Of a DNA stretch of 54,717 bases, positions 1-8,983 are shown piece by piece. Origin of the DNA: a virus (lineage: Duplodnaviria > Caudoviricetes); the IMG/VR virus record IMGVR_UViG_3300043570_000565, positions 1 to 54,717 of that record. The stretch is one strand, 5' to 3'. The position numbers were made by a program, and so were the translations under genes. The stretch's first letter is position 1. Every line of letters starts with the position of its first letter. The notes below the pieces were generated by a model, which was not told the DNA's origin, ran no database searches, and saw only the letters and a list, made by a program, of their open reading frames with translations.

Positions 1-1
1 T

Positions 2-754
2 GACCAGCGTGGTCGGTTCTTAATTAGCTGGGTCCCTCCTACTAATATGCAGAACAATGTGATAACCAGAAATGGAATGAAGTACCCTGGGAATGAACAC
101 CTTGGATCATTTGGCTGTGACCCGTATGATATCTCTGCCGTAGTAGGTGGGAGAGGATCTAATGGATCGTTGCATGGTATGACTAAGTACCACATGGACG
201 ATGCTCCTGCCAACCAGTTCTTCTTAGAGTACATTGCTAGACCACAGACTGCTGAGATATTCTTCGAGGATGTGCTGATGGCATGTATCTTCTATGGTAT
301 GCCAGTGCTTGCAGAGAACAACAAGGCACGTATACTGTACCACTTTAAGAACAGGGGCTACAGAGCGTTCTCATTGAACAGGCCCGACAGGGTACTAAAT
401 AAGCTCAGTAAGACAGAGCGTGAGCTTGGGGGTATACCTAACTCATCTGAAGAAGTTAAGCAGGCCCACGCCTCTGCAATTGAGTCCTACATCGAGAAGT
501 TTGTTGGGTTCGATATGACATCTACTTATAGACCTGCTGATGAGATAGGCACCATGCCATTCATTAGAACACTTGAGGACTGGGCCAAGTTTGATATTAA
601 TGATAGAACGAAGCACGATGCATCAATCAGTTCTGGCTTAGCTATAATGGCAAATCAAAAACATGTATATTTACCAGATAAAAAAGAACCGAAAATTAGT
701 GTTAATTTCGCGAAGTACGCTAACACTGGAAATCAAAGTCAAATTATTAGATGA
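2..754 (+). CDS. terL: Terminase large subunit, C-terminal nuclease domain (5'-truncated)
   Basis: Frame is open from base 2 (DQRGRFLISWVPP...). GCDPYD, LAENNK and KHDASISSGL motifs fit the RNase H-like terminase nuclease; directly upstream of the portal-like gene with an ATGA overlap. Confidence 0.85.
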   Translation, partial: DQRGRFLISWVPPTNMQNNVITRNGMKYPGNEHLGSFGCDPYDISAVVGGRGSNGSLHGMTKYHMDDAPANQFFLEYIARPQTAEIFFEDVLMACIFYGMPVLAENNKARILYHFKNRGYRAFSLNRPDRVLNKLSKTERELGGIPNSSEEVKQAHASAIESYIEKFVGFDMTSTYRPADEIGTMPFIRTLEDWAKFDINDRTKHDASISSGLAIMANQKHVYLPDKKEPKISVNFAKYANTGNQSQIIR

Positions 755-3186
755 AAGATGTCGTAGTCAATATATTATCCACAGCTTTTCCTAGTCAATT
801 CGTGTCTGATGCTGAGAAGGCATCTTCTGAATTTGGGCTTCAGGTTGGTCAAGCCATACAGTACGAATGGTTTCGGAAAGATGGCAGCAATTGCAGATAC
901 TATAACCAGTGGGCTGAGTTTCATCGCTTGCGTTTGTACGCACGTGGTGAGCAGTCCATTCAGAAATATAAGAATGAGTTAGCCGTAGATGGTGACTTGT
1001 CTTACCTGAATCTAGACTGGACTCCTGTACCTATCCTACCAAAATTTGTTGACATTGTCGTTAATGGCATGTCTGATAGACTATTTAAGGTTAAGGCATA
1101 TGCACAGGATGCTATGTCTCAGTCTAAGAGAAGTAAGTATCAGGACATGATTGAGGGCCAGATGGTTGCTAAGGATGTCTTGACTACAATACAGAATGAG
1201 ACAGGAGTTGATCCGTTTGTAATGAACCCTGATGAGCTACCTCAGACTGATGAGGAGCTATCACTATACATGCAGCTTAAGTATAAGCCTGCGATTGAGA
1301 TAGCTGAAGAGGAGGCTATCAATACAATTTTTGATGAGAACCACTATCAGGATACACGCAAGCGTATTGACTATGACCTTACAGTAATTGGCATTGGTAT
1401 AGCTAAGCATCAGTTCCTGCTAGGGTCTGGTGTTGAGGTGTCATATGTTGACCCCGCGAATGTTGTGTACAGCTACACTGAAGATCCATTCTTTCAAGAC
1501 TGTTTTTATTGGGGAGAGATAAAGACCCTACCTATTACAGAGCTTTTAAAGATTGACCCAACTCTTACAAATGAGCAGCTAGAAGAAATATCTAAGTACT
1601 CTCAGAGCTGGTACGACTACTACAATGTAGCTAGGTTCTATGAGAACAGTATGTTCAGTAGAGATACCTGCACACTCCTTTACTTCAACTACAAGACCAC
1701 TAAGAAGATGGTCTACAAGAAGAAGATTCTTGAGGGTGGCGGTACTCGTGTTATAGAGAAGGATGACAAGTTCAATCCTCCTACAGAAATGATGGAGGAA
1801 GGTAAGTTTGAGAAGATAGAGAAGACTATTGATGTCTGGTATGATGGTGTCATGGTGATGGGTACCAACTTCTTATTGAAGTGGGAGATGTCCGAGAACA
1901 TGGTTAGACCAAAGTCCTCTTCTCAGCATGCTATACCAAACTATGCGGCCTGTGCACCACGAATGTACAAGGGTGCCATTGAGTCGTTAGTTAGAAGGAT
2001 GATACCTTTTGCTGACTTGATTCAGATCACTCACTTAAAGCTACAGCAGGTCATTGCACGTACGGTACCTGATGGGGTGTTCATTGATGCGGATGGATTG
2101 AATGAGGTTGACCTGGGAACAGGTGCAGCTTACAACCCAGAGGATGCGCTAAGACTATACTTCCAGACCGGTAGTGTTATTGGACGTAGCTACACTCAGG
2201 ATGGTGAGTTCAACAATGCACGAGTTCCTATTCAACAGCTTACATCTAACTCAGGTGCTGCTAAGACTCAGATGTTGATTGCTAACTACAATCACTATCT
2301 AGAAATGATTAGATCTGTGACTGGTCTCAATGAGGCTAGGGATGGATCTACTCCTGATCCTAATGCACTAGTAGGTGTACAGAAGCTTGCAGCACTTAAC
2401 TCTAACACAGCTACCCGACACATACTTGAGAGTGGTCTATTTATCTATAGGTCACTTGCTGAGGCACTTACGTACCGTGTTGCTGACATTCTTCAGTACG
2501 CTGACTTCAAGGATGACTTTGCCAATAAGATTGGTAAGTACAACGTGTCTATCTTGAATGACATCAAAGATTTGTACATCTATGACTTTGGCATCTTCAT
2601 TGAGATTTCTCCAGACGAGGAGCAGAAAGCACAGCTAGAGCAAAATATTCAGATGGCATTATCTAAAGGAGATATTAATCTTGAGGATGCTATTGATATT
2701 AGAGAGATAAAGAATCTTAAACTTGCCAACCAGCTACTTAAACTTAAGAGAGTAAAGAAGCAGGAGTATCAAGAAAAGATGCAGATGCAACAGCAGGCTA
2801 TGATGGCTCAGCAACAACTGCAATCTCAAGAGATGGCATCTAAAGCAGCTATACAACAAATACAATTGGAGGCTCAAGCTAAGATGCAGTTTAAACAAGC
2901 AGAGGTGGCGTTCGATATTGAGAAGCTAAAGGCAGAGGCAGAGCTTAAGAAAATGCTAATGGCTGAAGAGTTTGGTTATCAGATGCAGATTGCTGGTATC
3001 AAGGAGACTGCACTTGCAGATAGAGATACGATGAAGGAGGACTCTAAGGCCAAACGTATTAGTCAGCAGAACAGCGAACAATCTAAGTTGATTAATCAGA
3101 GGAAGAATAACTTACCTCCATTAAGCTTTGAATCTAACGAGGACACGCTTGATGGGTTTGACATGGCTCAGTTCGAGCCACGTTAA
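751..3186 (+). CDS. Portal protein
   Basis: 811 aa, between terminase and scaffold/capsid; helical, with a Q-rich C-terminal coiled coil as in podovirus portals. Confidence 0.8.
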   Translation: MKDVVVNILSTAFPSQFVSDAEKASSEFGLQVGQAIQYEWFRKDGSNCRYYNQWAEFHRLRLYARGEQSIQKYKNELAVDGDLSYLNLDWTPVPILPKFVDIVVNGMSDRLFKVKAYAQDAMSQSKRSKYQDMIEGQMVAKDVLTTIQNETGVDPFVMNPDELPQTDEELSLYMQLKYKPAIEIAEEEAINTIFDENHYQDTRKRIDYDLTVIGIGIAKHQFLLGSGVEVSYVDPANVVYSYTEDPFFQDCFYWGEIKTLPITELLKIDPTLTNEQLEEISKYSQSWYDYYNVARFYENSMFSRDTCTLLYFNYKTTKKMVYKKKILEGGGTRVIEKDDKFNPPTEMMEEGKFEKIEKTIDVWYDGVMVMGTNFLLKWEMSENMVRPKSSSQHAIPNYAACAPRMYKGAIESLVRRMIPFADLIQITHLKLQQVIARTVPDGVFIDADGLNEVDLGTGAAYNPEDALRLYFQTGSVIGRSYTQDGEFNNARVPIQQLTSNSGAAKTQMLIANYNHYLEMIRSVTGLNEARDGSTPDPNALVGVQKLAALNSNTATRHILESGLFIYRSLAEALTYRVADILQYADFKDDFANKIGKYNVSILNDIKDLYIYDFGIFIEISPDEEQKAQLEQNIQMALSKGDINLEDAIDIREIKNLKLANQLLKLKRVKKQEYQEKMQMQQQAMMAQQQLQSQEMASKAAIQQIQLEAQAKMQFKQAEVAFDIEKLKAEAELKKMLMAEEFGYQMQIAGIKETALADRDTMKEDSKAKRISQQNSEQSKLINQRKNNLPPLSFESNEDTLDGFDMAQFEPR

Positions 3187-3195
3187 AAAAATATA

Positions 3196-3203
3196 TATAT
3201 TTG
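3196..3203 (+). promoter_or_regulatory. Bacteroidota sigma -7 box (TATATTTG), scaffold/capsid
   Basis: Matches TAnnTTTG; intergenic. Confidence 0.7.
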
Positions 3204-3222
3204 TAACATAAAATCTAATTAA

Positions 3223-4314
3223 ATGGAAATCAAAGTAAGATCACTAGATGGGATTGAGCCCAAGAGTGTACAAGAAGTAGAGAAAGAGCTACTTGAAAAA
3301 CATGAAAGGGAAATTAGCGGTGAAGTACAGTTGGATACTTCTAGTATTGACAATGCAGTTCAAGACAGTGCTCCTCAAGAGGAGGAGTTATCTGAAGAAA
3401 AAGTTCTTTCATATATTGGAAAAAGATACAATAAGCAAATCAATTCATTTGATGATTTGATGGAGCAGAGACAGAGCAATGAGGAATTGCCTGAGGATGT
3501 TGCAGCTTATTTGAATTACAAGAAGGATACCGGTAGAGGTTTTGAAGATTTCCTAAAGCTTAGGAAAGACTATGATGCCATGGACCAGAATCAACTTCTT
3601 AAAGAGTACCTTGCAGATACACAGCAGAATCTAGATGACGAGGACATTGAAGTCTTGATGGAGGATTACACCTACGATGAGGACCTAGATGATGAGTCAA
3701 AGATTAAGCATGTAAAGATTGCAAGAAAGAAAGCTATTGCCGAGGCTAAGAAATACTTCAATTCTCAGAAAGATAAATATAAGCTTCCGCTTGAGTCAAG
3801 TGGGATGGGCTTATCTTCAGAAGAGAAAGAAGAATTCGAAGCCTATCGTCAGTATACAAAACAGTCAAAGACTGTAGAAGAGGAAAGTAATCGAAAGCGT
3901 AATTGGTTCAACCAAAAGACAGATGAGGTTTTTAGTAAAGACTTCAAAGGATTTGAGTTTGACATTAACGATAAAAAGATTTTATTTTCTCCGGCATCTG
4001 GTTCAGAATTAAAGAGTGCTCAGTCAAGTCCAATGAACTTTATTAATAAGTACTTGGATGAGAGTGGGTTAATTAAGGATGCATCTGGATACCACAAGTC
4101 TTTGTCTATCGCAATGAATCCTGAGAAGTTTGCCAAGTTCTTTTATGAGCAAGGGCAAGCGGATGCTACCGATGACGTTTTACGAAAGACCAAAAATATA
4201 AATATGTCTGAGCGTAGAGCTCCTGAGGTTGTTAATAAGGGTGGAATGCAGGTGAAGGCGATTGCGCCAGACTCTGGAAGGGGTCTAAAAATTCGCAGTA
4301 TTAAAAAAATATAA
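3223..4314 (+). CDS. Capsid scaffolding protein (putative)
   Basis: 363 aa, highly acidic and helical, located between portal and major capsid protein. Confidence 0.6.
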   Translation: MEIKVRSLDGIEPKSVQEVEKELLEKHEREISGEVQLDTSSIDNAVQDSAPQEEELSEEKVLSYIGKRYNKQINSFDDLMEQRQSNEELPEDVAAYLNYKKDTGRGFEDFLKLRKDYDAMDQNQLLKEYLADTQQNLDDEDIEVLMEDYTYDEDLDDESKIKHVKIARKKAIAEAKKYFNSQKDKYKLPLESSGMGLSSEEKEEFEAYRQYTKQSKTVEEESNRKRNWFNQKTDEVFSKDFKGFEFDINDKKILFSPASGSELKSAQSSPMNFINKYLDESGLIKDASGYHKSLSIAMNPEKFAKFFYEQGQADATDDVLRKTKNINMSERRAPEVVNKGGMQVKAIAPDSGRGLKIRSIKKI

Positions 4315-4333
4315 CAACTAAAAAAACAAAACA

Positions 4334-5755
4334 ATGCCAGTATTAAACTCCCCTGGGTTCCAATTACAGCCAAGTGCTGAGCAGGTCCCTTTGTCAACTA
4401 ACTACATTACCAACTTTGATTTCTTGAACCAGTATCTACCTGATACTTACGAGAAAGAATTCGAGCGTTATGGTAATCGTACTGTAGCTTCCTTCCTAAG
4501 AATGGTAGGAGCTGAAATGCCATCCAACTCTGACATGATCAAGTGGGCTGAGCAAGGTCGTTTGCATACTAAGTATGTGAACTGTGATTCATCTGCGGCT
4601 GCGGCTGCTGACTCTGCAACTATTACTGTTTCTGATTCTAACGTAACCGGTATTGCGATCCGTGCTGGACAGACTGTATTTATCTCTGATAACGCTACAG
4701 GTCTTTCTAACAAGGGTATCGTTACTGCTGTTAACACCGCTGCTGATACTTTCGATGTTGCTTATTACGAAGCTGGAGGACAGACTTTCTCTGGAACTGC
4801 TGTTCTTTCAGTATGGATCTATGGTTCTGAATTTAAGAAAGGAACTGTTGGAATGATCGGATCTTTGGAGGCTGAAGATGAGTTCTTCGACAACTCTCCA
4901 ATCATCATCAAGGACAAGTACGCAGTATCTGGTTCTGACATGGCTCAGATTGGATGGGTAGAAGTAACTACCGAGAATGGTGCAACTGGATACCTTTGGT
5001 ATTTGAAGTCTGAGCACGAGACTCGTCTACGTTTCGAAGACTATCTTGAGACCGCAATGATTGAAGCAGTTCCTGCTGAGGCTGGGTCTGGTGTAGCTAA
5101 CGCTTCTTTGAACCCTACCTATGGTAACAAAGGTTCTGAAGGTATCTTCTACGCTGTTAACAATCGTGGTAACGTATGGGGTGGTGGTAACCCAACTACT
5201 CTATCTGACTTTGATAGCATCATCTCTCGTCTTGATAAGCAGGGATCTATCGAAGAGAACGTAATCTTCTTGAACAGAGCATTCAGCTTTGACATTGACG
5301 ATATGTTGGCAGCTCAGAACAGCTACGGTGCAGGTGGTACTTCTTACGGTCTATTTGACAACGATGAGAAGATGGCCTTGAATCTTGGATTCACTGGATT
5401 CCGCAGAGGTTATGACTTCTACAAGTCTGACTGGAAGTACTTGAACGATCCTACCATGCGTGGTGGTTTGCCTACTGGTGCATCTGCAACTGGTACTGTA
5501 ACTGGTCTATTGGTACCTGCTGGTTCTACTACTGTGTACGATCAGATCCTTGGTAAGAATGCTAAGAGACCATTCTTGCACGTTCGTTTCAGAGCTTCTG
5601 AGACTGAAGATCGTAGATACAAGACTTGGATCACAGGTTCTGCCGGTGGTGCACAGACTAGCGATCTTGATGCAATGGAGGTCAACTTCTTGTCTGAGCG
5701 TTGTGTATGTACCTTGGGTGCAAACAACTTCGTATTGTTCAGATACGGAGCATAA
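4334..5755 (+). CDS. Major capsid protein
   Basis: 473 aa; position after scaffold; strongly biased codon usage (GGT/GCT/TCT/ACT) typical of highly expressed genes; followed by a terminator. Confidence 0.85.
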   Translation: MPVLNSPGFQLQPSAEQVPLSTNYITNFDFLNQYLPDTYEKEFERYGNRTVASFLRMVGAEMPSNSDMIKWAEQGRLHTKYVNCDSSAAAAADSATITVSDSNVTGIAIRAGQTVFISDNATGLSNKGIVTAVNTAADTFDVAYYEAGGQTFSGTAVLSVWIYGSEFKKGTVGMIGSLEAEDEFFDNSPIIIKDKYAVSGSDMAQIGWVEVTTENGATGYLWYLKSEHETRLRFEDYLETAMIEAVPAEAGSGVANASLNPTYGNKGSEGIFYAVNNRGNVWGGGNPTTLSDFDSIISRLDKQGSIEENVIFLNRAFSFDIDDMLAAQNSYGAGGTSYGLFDNDEKMALNLGFTGFRRGYDFYKSDWKYLNDPTMRGGLPTGASATGTVTGLLVPAGSTTVYDQILGKNAKRPFLHVRFRASETEDRRYKTWITGSAGGAQTSDLDAMEVNFLSERCVCTLGANNFVLFRYGA

Positions 5756-5768
5756 TTGTAAGTAATAT

Positions 5769-5794
5769 GGAGGGGCCGATTGGCCCTTCCTTTT
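5769..5794 (+). terminator. Rho-independent terminator after major capsid gene
   Basis: GGAGGGGCC-GATT-GGCCCTTCC hairpin followed by TTTT. Confidence 0.75.
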
Positions 5795-5816
5795 ATAACT
5801 TTAAACAAACAAGACC

Positions 5817-6080
5817 ATGATTAAGAAAAAAATAGGAGATCCAATCCTAAAGAAAAAAGGAGGAGACCCAGTAAAAAAAGAAACAGGTCCAGTTAAAGAG
5901 GGGTACACAATGCCTGAGTTTACAAAAACTGCTTCTAGAATTGTTGACAAGCCTTCAAAGCCTGCAAGAGTAAAAGACTACACTAGAAAGGTTTCAAGAG
6001 TTAATAAGGCTGCATTAAAAAGATCTGGTGCGGCAGCTGGAAAGTCTACCAATATTTTTGGTATGAGAAAAGGACGTTAA
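5817..6080 (+). CDS. Small basic protein, paralogue of 6093..6419
   Basis: KKKxGDP repeated twice; MPEFTKTASRI matches LPQVTVTASRI of the next ORF. Confidence 0.65.
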   Translation: MIKKKIGDPILKKKGGDPVKKETGPVKEGYTMPEFTKTASRIVDKPSKPARVKDYTRKVSRVNKAALKRSGAAAGKSTNIFGMRKGR

Positions 6081-6092
6081 ACAAATAAGACA

Positions 6093-6419
6093 ATGGCTAT
6101 TAAGAAAAAAGGAGGAGACCCTGTCCCCAAGAAGGGCCCAGGTCCAAGAACATTGCCTCAGGTTACAGTAACTGCTTCTAGAATTTATGATACCCCAGCA
6201 AAGAAGCCTGCTGCTAAAAGAGCAACAATGGATGTTAATCTTACCAAAGGATATAAGATGTCTATTGATACTACAAATATGAAGAACCCAGATAAAGACA
6301 CTTATAACTACATGATTAAGGATGCAAGTGGTAAGGTTACATCAAAGGGAAACATAGCAACTAGTGAGAGTAAGTTTGGAGCTAGTCAATTAGTTAAAAA
6401 GCTTAAAGCAGGAAAGTAA
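6093..6419 (+). CDS. Small basic protein with TonB-box-like motif
   Basis: KKKGGDP and TLPQVTVTASR motifs; A-rich start context. Confidence 0.65.
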   Translation: MAIKKKGGDPVPKKGPGPRTLPQVTVTASRIYDTPAKKPAAKRATMDVNLTKGYKMSIDTTNMKNPDKDTYNYMIKDASGKVTSKGNIATSESKFGASQLVKKLKAGK

Positions 6420-6428
6420 CAATTAACT

Positions 6429-6457
6429 GAGGGGGTCGCTGTGGCTCCCTCTATTTT
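6429..6457 (+). terminator. Rho-independent terminator
   Basis: GAGGGGGTCGC-TGTGGCTCCCTC hairpin followed by TATTTT. Confidence 0.6.
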
Positions 6458-6477
6458 AAATCTTTAAATCTAATCAA

Positions 6478-7227
6478 ATGAAAAAGCAATCAATAAGCTC
6501 TGACAAAGTTTACAAACTCAAGGGAGAGTCTGCTCCTTTATCATTCACCCTACCATCAAGAAACACTAGAAGGTATCCACTCCTTTACTTTGATGAAGAA
6601 AATAATGTCAACAGGACATTAAGGTATGCCATCAATCAGAAGTCTCCCTTTGAGGATGAGCAAGATGGCAACGCAATTGTAGAGCCAATCGTATTTGAGA
6701 ATGGCTTCCTATCAGTTCCAAGAACCAACCCTGTACTCCAGCAGTTCCTTCACTACCATCCACTTAATGGTTTATCATTTATTCAGGTTGATTATGAGAA
6801 GGATGCAGCCAAGGAGGTAGAGCAGCTTACATCTGAAGTAGATGCGTTGATTGAAGCACGTCAACTTAGTGTTGATCAGATGGAGACAATCGCTAGAGTA
6901 CTGTTCAGTAAAGATCCAAACAAGTTCACAACATCTGAGCTTAAGCGTGATATCTTGATTTATGCAAAGAGAGATCCAAGGGGATTCTTAAATATCCTAC
7001 GTGATCCAATGCTAAAACTTCAAGCAAATATCCACGTGTTCTTTGAGAACAAGTTACTGGCATTCAGAAATAATAACAAAGAAGTGTGGTTTAATACACC
7101 TTCTGTAAAGAAAAAGATGCTTACTGTCTCTTATGGTGATGACCCATACTTTGCCGTGGCTCAGTTCCTAAAGACAGATGATGGCATCGATGCTTTGAAA
7201 ATGTTAGAAAATAATTTAGATTTGTAG
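6478..7227 (+). CDS. Hypothetical protein in the structural module
   Basis: 249-aa ORF; no motif recognised. Confidence 0.7.
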   Translation: MKKQSISSDKVYKLKGESAPLSFTLPSRNTRRYPLLYFDEENNVNRTLRYAINQKSPFEDEQDGNAIVEPIVFENGFLSVPRTNPVLQQFLHYHPLNGLSFIQVDYEKDAAKEVEQLTSEVDALIEARQLSVDQMETIARVLFSKDPNKFTTSELKRDILIYAKRDPRGFLNILRDPMLKLQANIHVFFENKLLAFRNNNKEVWFNTPSVKKKMLTVSYGDDPYFAVAQFLKTDDGIDALKMLENNLDL

Positions 7228-7259
7228 ACATAGTTTTTTTTGGGCTTAAGTTTAAAAAT

Positions 7260-7288
7260 GGGGGTGTAATAACACCCTCTTTTTTTTT
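7260..7288 (+). terminator. Rho-independent terminator
   Basis: GGGGGTGT-AATA-ACACCCTC followed by a long T run. Confidence 0.75.
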
Positions 7289-7291
7289 GTT

Positions 7292-7299
7292 TATATTTG
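7292..7299 (+). promoter_or_regulatory. -7 box (TATATTTG), tail operon
   Basis: Matches TAnnTTTG immediately after a terminator. Confidence 0.7.
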
Positions 7300-7312
7300 T
7301 AAAAAGACTAGA

Positions 7313-8056
7313 ATGATCAACTCAGTTCGAAATACCGTATTGGCAATTCTGAACAAGAATAATTACGGATACATCTCCCCCTCTGACTTTAACCTGTTTG
7401 CCAAGCAGGCTCAGCTAGAAATATTTGAGGAGTACTTCTCTGAGTATAACGATGCTATTAATAAAGAGAATGCTCGTGTTTCAGGTACTGACTATGCCAA
7501 TGTTAGAAAGGCTTTAGAGGAAGCGATTGAACTATTCGCTATGACATCTACGCTCACTCAGTTTGCTGCGGCTTCAAATAGATATTATCTGCCATCAGTA
7601 ACAACGACTGGCTTTGATTACTTTATGATCAATAAGATTCTTGTGTATGATGGATCTAGTAATCCTAGAGTATTCAAGGGTGAGGCAGACAAGGTAACTC
7701 ATGGTAAGATTACTATGCTAATTAACTCTAACTTGACTGCTCCAACAGAAACATATCCAGCTTATACTCAGGAGGGTAGCGTACTTACTGTATACCCATC
7801 AACCATTAATCTGGCTAACGAGGTGGATGCCAGTTACTTCAGATATCCAAAGGACCCTAAGTGGACATTCACTACACTAACTAATGGTGAGCCTGTGTTC
7901 AATCAGTCGGCTGGCTTAGGATACCAAGACTTTGAGATACCTATAGAGGATGAAATAAAAGTAGTAGTAAAGATTCTTCAGTATGCCGGCATGTCCATTC
8001 GTGAGATTGAGGCAGTTCAATTTGGTGGAGCTGAAGAACAAAAACAATCACAATAA
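7313..8056 (+). CDS. Head-tail adaptor / ring protein (putative)
   Basis: 247 aa; YFRYPKDP-type motif and gene position resemble podovirus/crAss-like ring proteins. Confidence 0.55.
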   Translation: MINSVRNTVLAILNKNNYGYISPSDFNLFAKQAQLEIFEEYFSEYNDAINKENARVSGTDYANVRKALEEAIELFAMTSTLTQFAAASNRYYLPSVTTTGFDYFMINKILVYDGSSNPRVFKGEADKVTHGKITMLINSNLTAPTETYPAYTQEGSVLTVYPSTINLANEVDASYFRYPKDPKWTFTTLTNGEPVFNQSAGLGYQDFEIPIEDEIKVVVKILQYAGMSIREIEAVQFGGAEEQKQSQ

Positions 8057-8058
8057 TC

Positions 8059-8982
8059 ATGGCATACATCACTCAAGAAAAGTACTACGAAAATAATGGA
8101 GTAACTCCTGTAGATGCAAACTGGGGATCATACCAGTATGTTAGCTTACAGGACATTGTCAATAACTTCTTGTTGATGTACTCTGGCAACCACTCATTGG
8201 TAAATAATGAGGAGCGGTATAAGATTTTGTTTCATGCCAAGAGGGCAATACAGGAACTGAACTATGATGCGTTCAAGCAGGTAAAGGTTCTTGAACTCAC
8301 TGTAAATGATACACTTAAGTATATCCTACCATCTGACTATGTCAACTGGGTTAGGGTAAACCTATACAAGGATGGGTATCTAAGGCCATTAACTGAGAAC
8401 ATCCAAGTCCTTTCTTCATTGGCTTATCTTCAGGATAATACCGGAAGGATATTGTTTGATCACGAGGGCAATGCATTGTCTCCTGAGTTTTCTGAGATTG
8501 ACTTACAGAGATTAGAGGGTGTCAAGAGAAGTATTTACTTGAATCCTCAGAGCCCGTACGATGGTCAAGAAGGATGGAACGTGGGGGGAAACTGGTACTT
8601 TGACTACGGTATTGGAGCCAGATATGGATTGAATACTGAGACTGCTAACTTCAACCCTACATTTAATATTGATGCCAAGAGTGGTGTGATTAACTTTAAC
8701 TCAGACATGTATGGCGAATCAGTGATATTGGAGTACATATCTGATGGGCTTGAGAATGGGAATGATGCAAGTGTTAGTGTAAATAAATTGTTTGAAAAAT
8801 TTATTTATGCGTACATTACGTATGAAATATTAAACTCTAAGCTTGGTGTACAGGAGTACATTGTGAACCGTGCCAGAAAAGAGAAGACTGCTCTTCTGAG
8901 AAATTCTAAAATAAGATTGAGTAACATCCACCCAGGCAGACTATTAATGAATCTACGTGGCATGGACAAGTGGTTGAAATAA
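8059..8982 (+). CDS. Tail ring / tubular protein (putative)
   Basis: 307 aa; LPSDYVNWVR and LEYISDG motifs; precedes the muzzle-like gene. Confidence 0.55.
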   Translation: MAYITQEKYYENNGVTPVDANWGSYQYVSLQDIVNNFLLMYSGNHSLVNNEERYKILFHAKRAIQELNYDAFKQVKVLELTVNDTLKYILPSDYVNWVRVNLYKDGYLRPLTENIQVLSSLAYLQDNTGRILFDHEGNALSPEFSEIDLQRLEGVKRSIYLNPQSPYDGQEGWNVGGNWYFDYGIGARYGLNTETANFNPTFNIDAKSGVINFNSDMYGESVILEYISDGLENGNDASVSVNKLFEKFIYAYITYEILNSKLGVQEYIVNRARKEKTALLRNSKIRLSNIHPGRLLMNLRGMDKWLK

Positions 8983-8983
8983 T

